Shown here piece after piece: positions 1 through 13,110 of a stretch of 64,000 bases of DNA. Made by a program: the position numbers and the translations under genes. The DNA is from Alloascoidea hylecoeti. Taxonomy: Eukaryota. Position 1 is the stretch's first letter. Each line of letters opens with the position of its first letter. Below the pieces are notes generated by a model. That model was not told where the DNA came from, did no database searches, and saw only the letters and a list, made by a program, of their open reading frames with translations. Where the stretch lies: NCBI GenBank assembly GCA_001600815.1, contig BCKZ01000007.1:310001-374000 (forward strand), written 5' to 3'.

Positions 1-2
1 CT

Positions 3-878
3 AATCAAGCATGGGAAGAAGAAAAGAATAAACTTAAGGAACAACAAAAAGAAGTTGCAGCCATTAACAATCGTACATCATCAGTTTCTGCATTATCTCC
101 TCAACGTAAGGAAATACTTGGTGTTAGTAACGGCAAACCATCAATCTCAGAATTACCAGAGACTGTGGTTGAAGATGATGAATTTCCAACTTACAAAGGA
201 AAAAATAAAGCTACAGAATCAAATGCAGAAAGCACTAGTGGTACTAGTGAACCCCCAGATCTTGAAGATTTGGAATCAAGTGATGATGAATATAGTGAAC
301 CAAGGACGTCTAGGCCAAGAAAAAGAGGAGGTTTATTATCACAACAACTTACTTTTCCATTTTTCAAATCTTCAAAATTATCAGTTGATTCAGAAGATGA
401 AGAAATTTATCTACCACCTGGTGTTGTTAAGCCTACAACACTTATACGTCAATCAGGTCCCGTTAAGGTTGAAGCTAAAGTATGGCTCGCAAATGAACGT
501 ACTTTTAACCGTTGGTTAAGCGTTACTTCTTTGTTATCCGTACTTACTTTTTCCGTTTACAACTCTGTAAGTCAAGCTAAATCAGAGCGCCTTGCTACAA
601 TAATTGCATATGTTTATTTTGCTCTTACGCTTTTTACTGGCTTCTGGGGTTATCATATCTACATTAAAAGATTGAATTTGATTAGACAACGAAGTGGTAA
701 ACATTTAGATGGACCATTTGGACCAATAGTTCTTGCAGTTGTGATTTTAGTATCCTTGACAATTAATTTTGTTGCACGATTCAAAGAAGTTTCTACTACA
801 GAACCCCAGACGCCTGATGGAGAATCTCAGGCACCACATGTGATTTTGTCTCAGTTTATTGCTAGACATGTTCGCTAG
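3..878 (+). CDS. Vacuolar transporter chaperone (polyphosphate synthesis complex) subunit, Vtc2/Vtc3-like; 5' part outside the window
   Basis: Frame is open from base 3. KVEAKVWLANERTFNRWLSV followed by three hydrophobic helices is the C-terminal DUF202 region of Vtc2/Vtc3. Confidence 0.9.
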   Translation, partial: NQAWEEEKNKLKEQQKEVAAINNRTSSVSALSPQRKEILGVSNGKPSISELPETVVEDDEFPTYKGKNKATESNAESTSGTSEPPDLEDLESSDDEYSEPRTSRPRKRGGLLSQQLTFPFFKSSKLSVDSEDEEIYLPPGVVKPTTLIRQSGPVKVEAKVWLANERTFNRWLSVTSLLSVLTFSVYNSVSQAKSERLATIIAYVYFALTLFTGFWGYHIYIKRLNLIRQRSGKHLDGPFGPIVLAVVILVSLTINFVARFKEVSTTEPQTPDGESQAPHVILSQFIARHVR

Positions 879-1821
879 ATCTTTTTTCTCTCTTCTTAAT
901 ATGGAGCATTAAAAGTTTATCGGATTGCAAATACGATTAAATTCTTTAAATTTGAAGATTGTTTTTTGTTTTTTAAATATCATCTAGATCTATAATCGGA
1001 TTTATAATATAATTCATGTGAGTAATACACATATTTACATATATTTTAAGCGAATAAAATAAGTTAAGTAAATTACAACGGCCAGGCTTAGCTATGGCGC
1101 TAGCATACCATTTAATACTGACAAATACAAGGTTTCATATACAAGCTAGTCTAGAATAGTATTGTCAATTATAATTAGGAAACCAGGATTTCATCAATAT
1201 TGCCAATATCAAGGTTTAATAAACCATTGCCAATACACCGTTATTGTTTGTCAAAATGCAATAGAAATTCTAAATTGTATTAGTTTGTAAGGTGTGACAG
1301 AAGTTTAAATCGTTTAAGCTTAAGATAGAACTTTCATATACCATGGCTAGTTAGTAAGTTACTTGCTTATAATATTTTCACTGACATATGACAGCTGAAT
1401 CTTCTACAGTCGAATCAAAATATTAATATTAATTACAAAGACAAAGAATTAATTACAAGCATAATTGCTGCTTCTTGCAGATTTTTGACTTTGTGTTTGA
1501 AGTTTGGTGTGGCGGGCAATACAAAAATACATCAATATCTTGAAAATGAATGTTTTCACTTGAACTCATACATAATTAATATATGTTTTATCATATGTTA
1601 AATATATTATTCTTCGAACTCTTTTCATTTCCATTTTCATTTTCATTTCGTGTTTAATTCGTGCTTTTATTCTTTTTGGATTTCTTAAATAAGTTGGTTT
1701 CAAAAAATAAGCTATCTGTTGTTTACCTTTCAGATTATTATCTTTAGAAATCATATCGAAGAAAAAGAACATTCATCAGTCATCTCCATTTAGAAACGTT
1801 AAAATTAGCGTGATTGGGTAC

Positions 1822-4017
1822 ATGGAATCATATCAACAGTTATATTGTCCTCAGGGCCAGTATCCTTATAATTTAGTTGACAAAATAAAACAACAACAGC
1901 TTCCACCAATTGAAAATTTAAACAATAATAGTGACCCATCACAAATAAGTCCGCAAGTATCGCCAATACCAAAATCATATTGTTCACCAACGAAAACGAC
2001 TACTTTTTTCGTGGAGGTCGACTCGGATTCAAATACTTACGAACCTGTTGTTCCAATCGATCAAACCCAAAGACATAAATACCACCAACACCCAGAACAG
2101 GCATCTTTTTTCCCACCAACTCCTGAGTACACAACAAGTTCCTCGATGAACCCTTTTTCATCATCATCTTCAGTGGGAGACACATTAATCACACTGTTCT
2201 TTGGTTTATTTTATACTATATTTAAAGCCTTTAAATGTGTTTTTAGAGTCGTCTTTTCTGGTTTTCGGAGTATTTGGCATATTACTGAAAGAACTTATTC
2301 TCGACATTCATATCAATATTCAGCTGTAGAAACTCCAAGAAATCGTCGGATACGTTTACTTAATGCCATGAATTGGAGATCAAATGATGAAATTGGCCTA
2401 CCAACGTATGAACAAAGGAATTTCAATCGAACTGTTAATTATCCTTATTTAGATAATAGTAATAATTCTTTTGAAAAAGCTTATAAAAGACCAGGTGATT
2501 TTAGTGATGGTTCTTCTGAATTAGAACCATTTAGACAACAATTATTAAATAATACTCTTTCTCAATATTCTTCAAATTCAAATTCAAATTCAAATGTAAA
2601 TTCAACACAAGATGTTCCGCCTCCAGTTCCTCCAAAGACAAATTCTAATATAATTATAAATGTGGATGATGATCCACAAATAATCGATAATAATGATAAT
2701 GATAATGATATTTCTTATTTAGGTACAAGATCTAAAGTTATTGATTTAACTATTAATACTCCTCAAAAAGCAAAATTACAACCACGAGAAAATATTTCAA
2801 AAACTAGAAGGTCTAATAAATCAGATAGACAAGAAACTCTTTTACCAGCTTTTAAACCACTCCCTACTTTAACTCAAGAAACTAATAAAAAACAACAACG
2901 TAGACGACACAATCATAAAGAAGAAGATATTATTGAAATTAAAAAACATGAATTTAATCAATCAAATAATATAGCACCTAAGCCACCTATACATAAGACA
3001 TTATCTCGAAAAGCATCCCATACAGAACAGGATCAAGATGAACCATTATTAATATTAGATTCAGATGATGAAAAGGTAGATAATGATCTAACTACAATAA
3101 ATATGGATCCAGATGTTGAAGTTTTAGCAACAAAACATCCAAGTCAAGGTAATAATCAAACATTTATAGTACAAACAAAAAGAAATAGAACATCTGATAC
3201 CTTTTTAACATCAATTGCTAAAAACAATACCCTCTATAGTAAAAGTGATAAAGGTGAAAATGAATTAGTTGATAAAATCGAAGATTTGACAATTTCTAGT
3301 GATATTATAGAACCATTAAGAGATGATCAACTTCGACAAGTTAAAAAAATATGGAAAAAATCAGAAGATTCAATAATAATTAATTCATTTCGAATAAATA
3401 TAACTGGAAGTGATATACAAACATTAAAAGATCATCAATGGTTAAATGATAATATAATTGATTATTATTTATCATTAATAACAGAAAGGTCCAAAAATTC
3501 AAATGATAAAAAATTACCATTAATTTTTAATTTTTCAACTCATTTTTATACAACTTTAGAAAATAAAGGTTATAATGGTGTTGAAAGATGGGGTTCTAAA
3601 AAAAAACTTAATATTTTTAATATTGATTATATTTTTATACCTGTTAATAGAAATAATACTCATTGGTGCCTTGCAGTAATTAATTTAAAAAAGAAAAAAT
3701 TTGAATTTTATGATTCAATGGGTGGATCTGCTGGACCAGTATTCCCATTACTTTTAAATTATATGATAAATGAAACTAAAAAACAATATAATCAGAATAA
3801 TTTAAATTTAAATATTGATTTTAATATGTATGAAAATTGGGAAATGAAGGATAGAATAAAATGTCCAAAACAAACAAATGGTTCAGATTGTGGAGTTTTT
3901 ACTTGTAAATTTGCTGAAGTTTTATCAAGTAATAAAAAATTAAATTTTCATCAAAGTGATATGAAGAATATAAGGAGAAGAATGGTTTATGAAATAATTA
4001 CAAAGAAATTATTATGA
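1822..4017 (+). CDS. Ulp1-family SUMO protease (peptidase C48) with long low-complexity N-terminus
   Basis: WLNDNIIDYY, FSTHFY, NTHWCL, FYDSM and QTNGSDCGVF motifs give the His-Asp-Cys triad. First ATG at 1822; the ORF track starts at a GTG. Confidence 0.88.
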   Translation: MESYQQLYCPQGQYPYNLVDKIKQQQLPPIENLNNNSDPSQISPQVSPIPKSYCSPTKTTTFFVEVDSDSNTYEPVVPIDQTQRHKYHQHPEQASFFPPTPEYTTSSSMNPFSSSSSVGDTLITLFFGLFYTIFKAFKCVFRVVFSGFRSIWHITERTYSRHSYQYSAVETPRNRRIRLLNAMNWRSNDEIGLPTYEQRNFNRTVNYPYLDNSNNSFEKAYKRPGDFSDGSSELEPFRQQLLNNTLSQYSSNSNSNSNVNSTQDVPPPVPPKTNSNIIINVDDDPQIIDNNDNDNDISYLGTRSKVIDLTINTPQKAKLQPRENISKTRRSNKSDRQETLLPAFKPLPTLTQETNKKQQRRRHNHKEEDIIEIKKHEFNQSNNIAPKPPIHKTLSRKASHTEQDQDEPLLILDSDDEKVDNDLTTINMDPDVEVLATKHPSQGNNQTFIVQTKRNRTSDTFLTSIAKNNTLYSKSDKGENELVDKIEDLTISSDIIEPLRDDQLRQVKKIWKKSEDSIIINSFRINITGSDIQTLKDHQWLNDNIIDYYLSLITERSKNSNDKKLPLIFNFSTHFYTTLENKGYNGVERWGSKKKLNIFNIDYIFIPVNRNNTHWCLAVINLKKKKFEFYDSMGGSAGPVFPLLLNYMINETKKQYNQNNLNLNIDFNMYENWEMKDRIKCPKQTNGSDCGVFTCKFAEVLSSNKKLNFHQSDMKNIRRRMVYEIITKKLL

Positions 4018-4236
4018 TTATTATAAATAAATTTATTAATAAGGTTATTATTATGGATGGGGTTTATATTTTTATGGTCCCTGGACCTCTTTTTTTGTTC
4101 TATATTTATTTACTATTTATTTAACATTTCATTACTAAGTAACTATTATATATATGATATATTAGAAGATCTTACTGGACATTTATTAATTTTATTAAAG
4201 AAATTTATAAAGCATATTAAAATATTATCAAATTAT

Positions 4237-4957
4237 TTAAATTCCACTTCTTAAACGATCAGTAAAACGTTGGTAAGCATTGAACAACTATAGAAAATGT
4301 GTTAGTGTTAAATATTTTTGTAAAAATATTCCATAGTTTACTTTACTTACAGTTTTCTCATTTATTTCTATATTTAAAACAGGATCTGATTCTGGAAGAT
4401 TAGAAACTCTGTTTCTAATAACTCCTGAATCGGTTTCCAAGATAATCCCATCATCAACTGTCTCATCAATGAGAATCGCAACTGAATCGTACATTTGAAG
4501 AATCGTTCGCTTATCAACATTACCACTAAATAATAACAATTAGAATGTTAGACAAATTAAAATTGAACAAAATCTTTTCATCTTTCACCTACTTTAAAAC
4601 CAATTCAAGACTATCTCGTATTCCAAGGACAACAGAGTATAACATGCACTCATTTTCATCCAACCCACCAACCACATATATGATGATATCTGAAACTTCT
4701 TTATAAACAACAAGAGTATTTTCTAATAAAACAACATCTGCTCCTTGCTTATGTGTCTTTGAAAACAAACTTGCTTCAAATGCTTTTTGAGACTTCAATG
4801 TTGGGAAAGGATTCTCTACATGATTGGCCAATGCATCTTCAGCACTGACACTGGTGGCATGTGGAGGTTGGTAATATTTTGCAAACACCCGTTTTCCTTC
4901 ATTATCTAATATTAAAACAGCTTTGACTGTGTATAAACTGAGATTTGGTGCTACCAT
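4237..4957 (-). CDS. RET3: Coatomer subunit zeta; 3 exons (4957-4593, 4525-4351, 4287-4237)
   Basis: SLYTVKAVLILDNEGKRVFAKYY and DETVDDGIILET motifs. Introns 4592-4526 (GTAGGT..TAG) and 4350-4288 (GTAAGT..TAG) restore one frame ending FTDRLRSGI*. Confidence 0.92.
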
Positions 4958-5089
4958 TTTTAATATATGATGGTGACAGAAAGACAGAGTGTTAACGTTG
5001 TTTCAAGAAGCAGGGTAACGCGGGACATAATACACCCATCAAAACCAAACACAAATAGAAAGAATATCATATTTATCAGTTTATTAACA

Positions 5090-5756
5090 ATGAGCTCGGA
5101 ATTCTACTTTTCATTGATACGGATAACAGTTATACAGGTAAGAAATCACTAGATCTATTTTTGATTAAATTACAATCTTAGGAGTATGAAAGATTAATCA
5201 TAAATTATAGATTTTAAGAAGCGCAGGAATAGATAAATGTTCACCTTCAATACTGAATACAATCACTGATCTTTACATACGGCATTTGAACTTATTGGTT
5301 CAACGGTGTAAACTATACGCGAATGAATGCGGTCGTGATGATATAAAAGTTGAGGATATAGCACAAGCTATGGAAGATATTGGATTGATAAAGCCATGTG
5401 CAGTGATAGACCCAAATGATACACATCCAAATGGACAAGAAGGTATGAACCGATTTTTAGAATGGTGTAAAGGGGAAATTCCAGAAAGAAGTAGAACAGT
5501 TGCAATGGTTTCTGATACAGGTAATTCCATTTTACGAAATAGCACTTCAAATATTGATATGTTAAATACAGCTGTTGATGAGAAAACAGAAAAAGATGCT
5601 TCTGTGGATTGGCTTACAGCTTTGATGAATAAAAATCCAAATATTAATCAAGAAGAAAAATTAAAGGATACAGTATTAGGTACAATGATACCGAAATCAG
5701 ATCCAAAAATAATAGGTTCAATTCCTGGTGGGCCAATTTTTCCATCTACAGACTAG
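5090..5756 (+). CDS. TAF3: TFIID subunit Taf3-like (histone-fold, bromodomain-associated domain); intron 5138-5210
   Basis: Spliced product MSSEFYFSLIRITVIQ|ILRSAGIDKCSPSILNTITDLYIRHLNLL; GTAAGA..TATAG intron in phase 0. Confidence 0.75.
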
Positions 5757-5859
5757 ACACACTTTACTTAATGAACATAAATATCTGTAATGTTAAAGTT
5801 AATGTCGGTAAATATACTAAAAAATTATATGCCTATATGATACATTGTGTGTGATTTAA

Positions 5860-8800
5860 TTAGAACTTTCTATTAGACTTGAATCTCTTTTTATTTTGAA
5901 TATTGTTCTTTTTCACAAACTTCGTTTTCTTTGGCTCATCATCTATATCCATATCTTCATCTCCATCGCTATCAACATTAGTCCTTGTACGTTTATATTT
6001 TAATTTATTACGTTGACCTCTAACTGGACCTTGTTTAACTGCTTCTAAATAAGCATCAATACCACTACCTTTCTTTTCAGCGTAAGGATCATCAACTTCT
6101 TTTCCTTCTTCGAAGATAAATTTACCATCTTTTGTTGTTTTAAATTTATTGGCATGGGAAGTATTTTTCTTTTGAGAACCAGGTTTAGAAGATGATATAT
6201 GTGCTAATGTTTTATTATCGAGTAAATCAAGTGGTTCATTGTTTGATTCTAAGATATAAGTAGACGGTTTTTTATTCCTTGATTTATTATTTTTATTATT
6301 TGAAGAATCTTCCATTTCTTCATCACTATTATCATCAGATTCATCTGAACTTCCATAAAGAGCTTCATCATATTCTGAAGCAAATTTAGATTTAGTTCTA
6401 CTACTTTGTTCTGGAGTATCAACATCAGCAGCTTTCTTACGTCTTGCTCTTTCTTTACTCTTTCTGATATTCGTAAGTAATTTCATATCTTCTTCTGGGA
6501 AGTATTCTTCAATAAGTTCATAACCAAATCTTCTTATTAATCTTTCAATAATGTGTTTCACTTTTAGTTTAAAATGACCCTTGTGTTCATGAGACCATAC
6601 CATAAGACTTTGTACTAATTCTTTTAAATTTCGTTTAACGAGTTCTTCTGGTAAACTGATACATATAATTTTAACAAACCCAATTGTTGATTTTGCAATT
6701 TCACGATTATTTGATGTTAAAAATTGTGAAATTGTAGTTGATAATTCATATAAAAACTCTTTATCTAAATCATTATTAAATTCAAATAATACTCTACTTA
6801 ATGCTGTAATTGTTGCACTAATCATATGTGGAGTTGTTCCTTGTAAACCAGCTAAAACCATTGTAAAAAATTCTTGTAAATTTGCTTCAACATCTGGTGC
6901 ATCTTCTCCCATATCAGGAATTTTTGAATTTTGAACTGTTCCTCCATTTTTAAATTTATTTCCCATATCAACTAATAATTTATAAGCTGCTTCTCTACTT
7001 TTTTCATTAACATCTTTTGTAGAGATAATAGCTTCAGGCAAGATTCCTAAAATGAAATGTAAATCAGTGATTGGTAAGAAATCAACAACCTGAGATAAAA
7101 CTTGTAATCTAACACCTCTTGAAGCAGGGACAACAGATCCAATTGAATCTGTTAAAGCTTTTTCAAAATCTCCAACAAATTGGGATAATGTCTCTTTACC
7201 ATCTTCAGTTTCACTTAATTTAAGGAAAACACGATACGCTCTTTTTTGAAGAGCACCATTTTGAACATTTAATAAAGATGCTCCGATATTTAATAAAGCA
7301 CCATGTGAAGATTTAGGTAAATATGGAGACATTGTGACAATTAAATCCATCATATTTATACTGTTTTTTGGTGTTGCGGAAGAATCACTGTCAGCATTAG
7401 GATTTACAGATTCTTCATCAAGGGATTTTTTAAATAAAGTACATGCATTATTGAATTTATTTGCTAGGACATCGGCAGGTGTAATAGAAAGATAAACATT
7501 AATACATTCTGAGATAAAACTTCTTTGAGAAGCAGTGGTTTGACTGAAAACATTGTATAAAACAGATAATAAATTTGATGTAAAAGGTAATAGATATTCG
7601 ATATTTTTCTTTGATTCTGAAATTGGAAAATGAGCCATCATTAAAACATCATCTTCCATTGCTCCTTCTGAGTATGCAACATTACTTTGAACTAAAAGTT
7701 TTAATGCTTGACATATATTTGAACGAAGTTTCTCTTGTCTAAGCATTGTATTACAAAGAAGTACAGCGAAATCTTGAGTAAATGATTCTCTAAGGTCAAT
7801 TGGTAAGTCACAAAAATGAGGAAGTAAAGCCCAGATTTGATTAACCAAAGTTTCATAAATTTTGGTCTGTTCTGTTTTATTTTGTTCTTCTGTTTCACTA
7901 ACTTTTAAATAAAATCTTTCACTTAACGGAATAAAATATTTAATAAAGTATCCAAGTTGTGCATTTCTAACATTATCACGAAGAATAGGTAATAACCAAA
8001 CTCTACCAGGTAATGAAGGATTTTCCAAGTTCAAAGGAAGTAATTCCAAGACTTTTTCTGGACCTATTGCTCTAATAGCAGCACCAATAACTCCTTCTTC
8101 AGCTTCTTTTCTTAATTCAAAGTTATCATCTTGTAGTAACTCTCCAACGATTTTAAGTGCACCAAGTAAATGAGGATCAGATCTCCATCTATAGGTATCG
8201 AACAATGTTGCTACAACTTCCATAATTTCTTTAGCGCAATTCTTATATTGAATTGTGAACAATCCAGTGACTTTTTGGGAAAGTTGGCCTAACACTTTAT
8301 CATTTGTCTGGAATGATTTTTTGCTAATACTACCTCCAACAGGTAATAATACCTCAGTTGGAATAGCTGTTGATATTAAAGCAATTAAACATTGAGAAGC
8401 TGAAATATAACTTGAAGCATTTTCAGATTGTAAAAAAGGAATTACCGCATCAAACATATCAGGAAGATTTTGGAATGCTTTAATAGGATGTAATGAAGAA
8501 TAAGAAGAACCAGCTTGTGCAACTACAGCTAACCATGATCCAGCTAAATGTGCATCATTAATTGAAGGTTTTAAATCAAATAATACTTTAAGGACACTGG
8601 TAAGTTTATCTAAATCTATTTCATCAGTCATTGATTGAAATAATCCTTCAAATGCTTTAAAAGCAGCAGAAATAAGATATTGATCAGTTGATTTTGAAAC
8701 TGATAATAATGCATCACATAATTCTTCTAAATGTGTTATTGGCCAACCATTAGCTTTTGTAATTGATGTAATAAGTTGTAAAGCATGAATCAATTTGGAG

Positions 8801-9549
8801 TTAGAACCACCAGTTTTTGAGATTTTAATAGATTTATCATTAACTAATGAAGTTATAGCTTTCAAAGCTGTTGAGGAACACAAAGAAGCAGCAGGATGAA
8901 CCATAGTCGGACTTGGAGGAGGATTTGCTAATATTTTTGTGACAGCGTCTTGAGCCCGCTTTCTAACCTTTGGTCTTGGATCTAATGATAAAGTTAACAA
9001 AGCTATTATACCTCTTTTAGGTGAAGAATTTGGACCTGAATTCCATGCTTTTGAATCTTGAGCAACCAATAATGATTCCAAAGCACCTAAAGCTGATCTA
9101 ACTAAAGGTGCATCAGCATCAGAACTTGTAATTGCAGGAGCGAGGATTTGTAAAATAGTTTCAAATTTCCATTGTAACAAATTTTTTGGAGCATATGGAG
9201 CAACTAAATCAAGAAAATAAACAGCTGAAGTCGCCAATTCTTTTTGAGAAATTTCTCCATTTTTACAACTTTGTTCTAATAATGCTAAAAAGGCAACAAA
9301 ATAGGCAGATGGTGTGATTTCTCCTTCTTGTTTTTCGGATAAACTTTCTTCAATGGTTGAAAGAATAACAGCCAACTGTTATATTAAATATAGTTAGAAA
9401 TCAATTATAAAATTGAATTGAAAATTAAAACATACCTGTTTTTGATTTGCTAATTTTGAAGTTGACTGAGACCTTATCCGTGAAAATTTCTCTTCTAATG
9501 AAGTTTCAACTATAGAATCCTGTTGAGATTCCGCTGTATTCTCAACCAT
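5860..9549 (-). CDS. RRP12: Ribosomal RNA-processing protein 12 (HEAT repeats, NUC173); intron 9435-9376
   Basis: DPRPKVRKRAQ, GRVWLLPILRD and HFKLKVKHIIERLIRRFG motifs. Exon 1 starts at ATG 9549; GTATGT..CAG intron. Confidence 0.95.
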
Positions 9550-9742
9550 TATTTGTAATTAAATATGTGAAAAGTGACAAGAATTTATATTTAAAAGAAG
9601 ATTTTTTTTCAGTTTTAAATTTCAACACAAAACAATTTTTTTTTTTCATCTGAGATGGGGTGTTACCCTACCTTGAATTCATTTTTTTTCAACCTTCCTG
9701 TTTTCGTATTTGAAAAAGTAAATCTTAGAAAATCATTTACAA

Positions 9743-10166
9743 ATGAAGGGGAGTATCAGAATAAGACTTGCCAGATTTGGACGAAAAAAGAGTCCTTTAT
9801 ACAACATTGTTATCGCAAAGGCAAGGTAAGTTATTAATGATAATTTCTCACTATTGTAAACAAAATTAACCATTATATGATCTTAGGAGTGGTCGTGATA
9901 GACAACCATTGGAAGTTGTCGGCACATATAATCCAGTTCCAGTACCACGAACAGAAAAACAAATTAAAGAAGGGATTTTACCAATAAAAGATATAAAATT
10001 AGATTTTGATAGATGCAAATATTGGATTGCTGTTGGAGCCCAACCAACTGATACTGTTACAAGACTTTTAATTAAAGCAGGTATTTTAAATCCTGCTGAT
10101 GGATGGGATAAAAAAGGAAATTTTGAAAATAGAGAAATTGTAACACCTGCTAGAGAGATCAATTAA
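9743..10166 (+). CDS. MRPS16: Mitochondrial ribosomal protein S16; intron 9826-9886
   Basis: Spliced [44 protein letters not shown]...[14 protein letters not shown]. Confidence 0.95.
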
Positions 10167-10506
10167 TTTGTATATATCGACTCTCAAGTTTAAACATTTC
10201 ATTTATAATTGCAATTGGATATTCATTATATTATAAAGTTTAATTGTTAATATCATTAAAAATAAAAGAAGTGTAAGTTTATACGTAGTTTTACAATCTA
10301 CAATCTTAAAAATATTTATTTATTATTGTCATTTTCATTTTACAATACTTTACCATTTATTTGAGATACAAATTAAATATAACTTATAGTACGAAAGAAT
10401 TGAAGAAAAACACAAGCTTAAGCAATATTATACATAAATAAAAGTATCCTTAACATCATGAAAAAAGCAATTGCAAAGAGCATATTACTCAATATTATTA
10501 TATATT

Positions 10507-11302
10507 TTAAAATAATATTGTATGCCTATTATTAACATTTAACCTTCTGCCAATTCTTGGTTTTGGTAAAACATTATTTTCTAATTCATCATCAATAAAT
10601 CCAGTTTTACTTCTAACAGGTGATGATAAAATTTCTCTTTCTGATGTTCTTGTCATTGTTCTATCACCACCATGACGTAAACTGAAATTTCTTGAATAAT
10701 CAGTATTATAAGAATTATTATTAAACCCACTTGGAATTGGATATTCATCAATTGTTTGTGCTCGTGATGTACGAGTACGGGTTATATCGGTTTGTAATGG
10801 ATGTCTTGGTACCATTGGTGATGAAGTTATTGGATTATAAAGTCTTCCAGTAAATGTTTTAGATGTATTATCATTATTATATTGAGATGAATCATATAAA
10901 CTTCCTCGTCTTGGTAAATGTTGTAAATTATTAGAATATCTTGGATCATTATCATGATCATATGTATTTCGATGTTGTTGAGATGTTTGTAAATCATACA
11001 TTTCTCGTTCTTGTTGAATACGTTGTTCAAAAGAATTTTCAGGATCAATATATCTATCTTGTTGGATACGTTGATCAAAAGGTTCAGCATATCGATCTTG
11101 TTCTACATAAGGATCATATTGATCACTTGGTGATCGGTATTTAGCACCCCAATTTCTATTCCCACGAATATAATTTAAATTTTCTCTTTGACGAGCTGTA
11201 GAAGCGGATGTTGCTGGAGTCCTAGAACTTAAATAATCTGCAAGTCCACTATTATGAGAATAATGTGTTCTAGTAGTATATAATGGAGATTTCATCTGTT
11301 GC

Positions 11303-11342
<40 letters not shown>

Positions 11343-13110
11343 GATAATTATATTGATTATTTGACATTTGTTGTTGTTGTGATGATCTTAAATAATCAGG
11401 ATTGATCATTTGAGCTTGAGCAAGAGATGATTGTCTCATTGACATTGATGGTGATGCAATAGGTAGTCTTTCTTGTAGTTGCTGCATTTGAATTGGGGTT
11501 GTGTTTGAACTTAATGATTTTAAACGATTATTATTGATTTGTTTTGTAGGTGAAATAAATGGTACTGATGATTGGAGCTCTCTTAATGAATTTAATTTAT
11601 CATAGGCATAACTTGTATTATGTGTTGATTTTTGTTGAGTTTTTGGTTCATAATTATCTTCTTCATCATCGAATTCATCATCAAATTCATCGTCAAATTC
11701 ATCAGATTCACTTGATTTTTCAACAATATTTCTATTTGGAAAATCATTAATATCATTTTTGTTACTATTTGTAATTGATTTGTTATTTAAACTTGAATGA
11801 TATGATTGAGGGGTTTTATTACTTGTCAATGATTTTGTATTTAAACTTGAATTATATGATTGAGGAGTTTTAATTTTGTTTGTATTTTCATTGCTATTGT
11901 TATTGTTATTTGCATTTGGTAATTGTATAAAAGGAGGATTTGAACCTATTGAGCTTGATGATGAATCATAATCATCAACCATTGATATAATAAAAGTTGA
12001 AATATTATTAACCATTAATTGTAATAATTCAAATGATGGAATATCAATACTATCAATCAATCTCTTTTGTTGAATTGCATTTCCTTTTCCATTAACATCT
12101 TCATTAAAATTATTAATTGGACATTTTAAAAAAGAAAATAATGAATTTATTAATTGTTTTAAGTTAATTATTCTTTTTTTTAATTTTGGATCAACTTCAT
12201 AATCTATTGATTTTAATAATTCATTTAGTTCATCTTCGGTTGATAAAAATTGATCAATTATTTTAGAATGAGTATTACTTGTATTTTTAGTTGATGGCGG
12301 TGATAGTGATGGTGATGATGATGATGATTGGAATGATTGATTATTATGATTAATTATACTTGTAGTTCTATCATTGTTTTGGATTCTATTCCGTGGATAT
12401 GATCGATGTTGTTGATGATAAGCCTGTGGCGGGAGTTGTCTGCTATGATCTAAATCAGATGAATTCCATTTATCTTCATCTTCTTCACTATTATTATTCT
12501 TATTATTGGTGTAATTAAGGGGTACTCGGGTAACGGGGGATGGAGTATTACTATCCAGAATTGATTTCACTCTATTAGATATGGCTCTTACCTCCTTTAA
12601 AAAAGAATTATCTTTATTTGGACCCGTCTGATTTATTGAAGGTTGTCTAGGAGTAAAAACGTGAGGATTCGGACTAGTACCGAGTTGATTAATATTGTTG
12701 GAGATCTTCATAGATCCATGAGAATTGCTATTTCTTCGGAAACGTGAATAAAAATCATGATGATGATGATGATGATCCTTTATACTGTTTATATCAGACA
12801 CACCTGAGCGATTTTTAGATAAACGATGTCCGTTGGAGTTTCCCATTGTGGAGTTTCTATGATTATTTGTTGTACGGAAGGTTGAGTGGTCCAAAGCCTC
12901 TAAAAAACTTCTATCTGGGTGCCTCAAACTTCTGGTTTCATCGGAAATATCGGCTGCTTGGTCTGCGGTGTAAGAAGACATCGAACTGGACTTCACACCG
13001 GCTCCGTTTGATTCGGACTCGTTTGTATCAGCAATAGAATCAAACCCATTAAAATATAATGGTTTCTGCTGAAGTGAGGATTGTGGAGATTGAGCTGCCG
13101 GGGTTGTCAT
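10507..13110 (-). CDS. Large low-complexity (N/Q/S-rich) protein of unknown function, about 867 aa
   Basis: Long uninterrupted ORF with likely ATG at 13110. Contains poly-Q, poly-H, a DEFD repeat and an 18-aa internal duplication (KTPQSYxSSLNxKSxTxx). No family recognised. Confidence 0.75.
11297..11343 (-). repeat. (CAA)n trinucleotide repeat encoding poly-Q
   Basis: Run of tgt units on the + strand, in frame with the 10507-13110 ORF. Confidence 0.95.
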
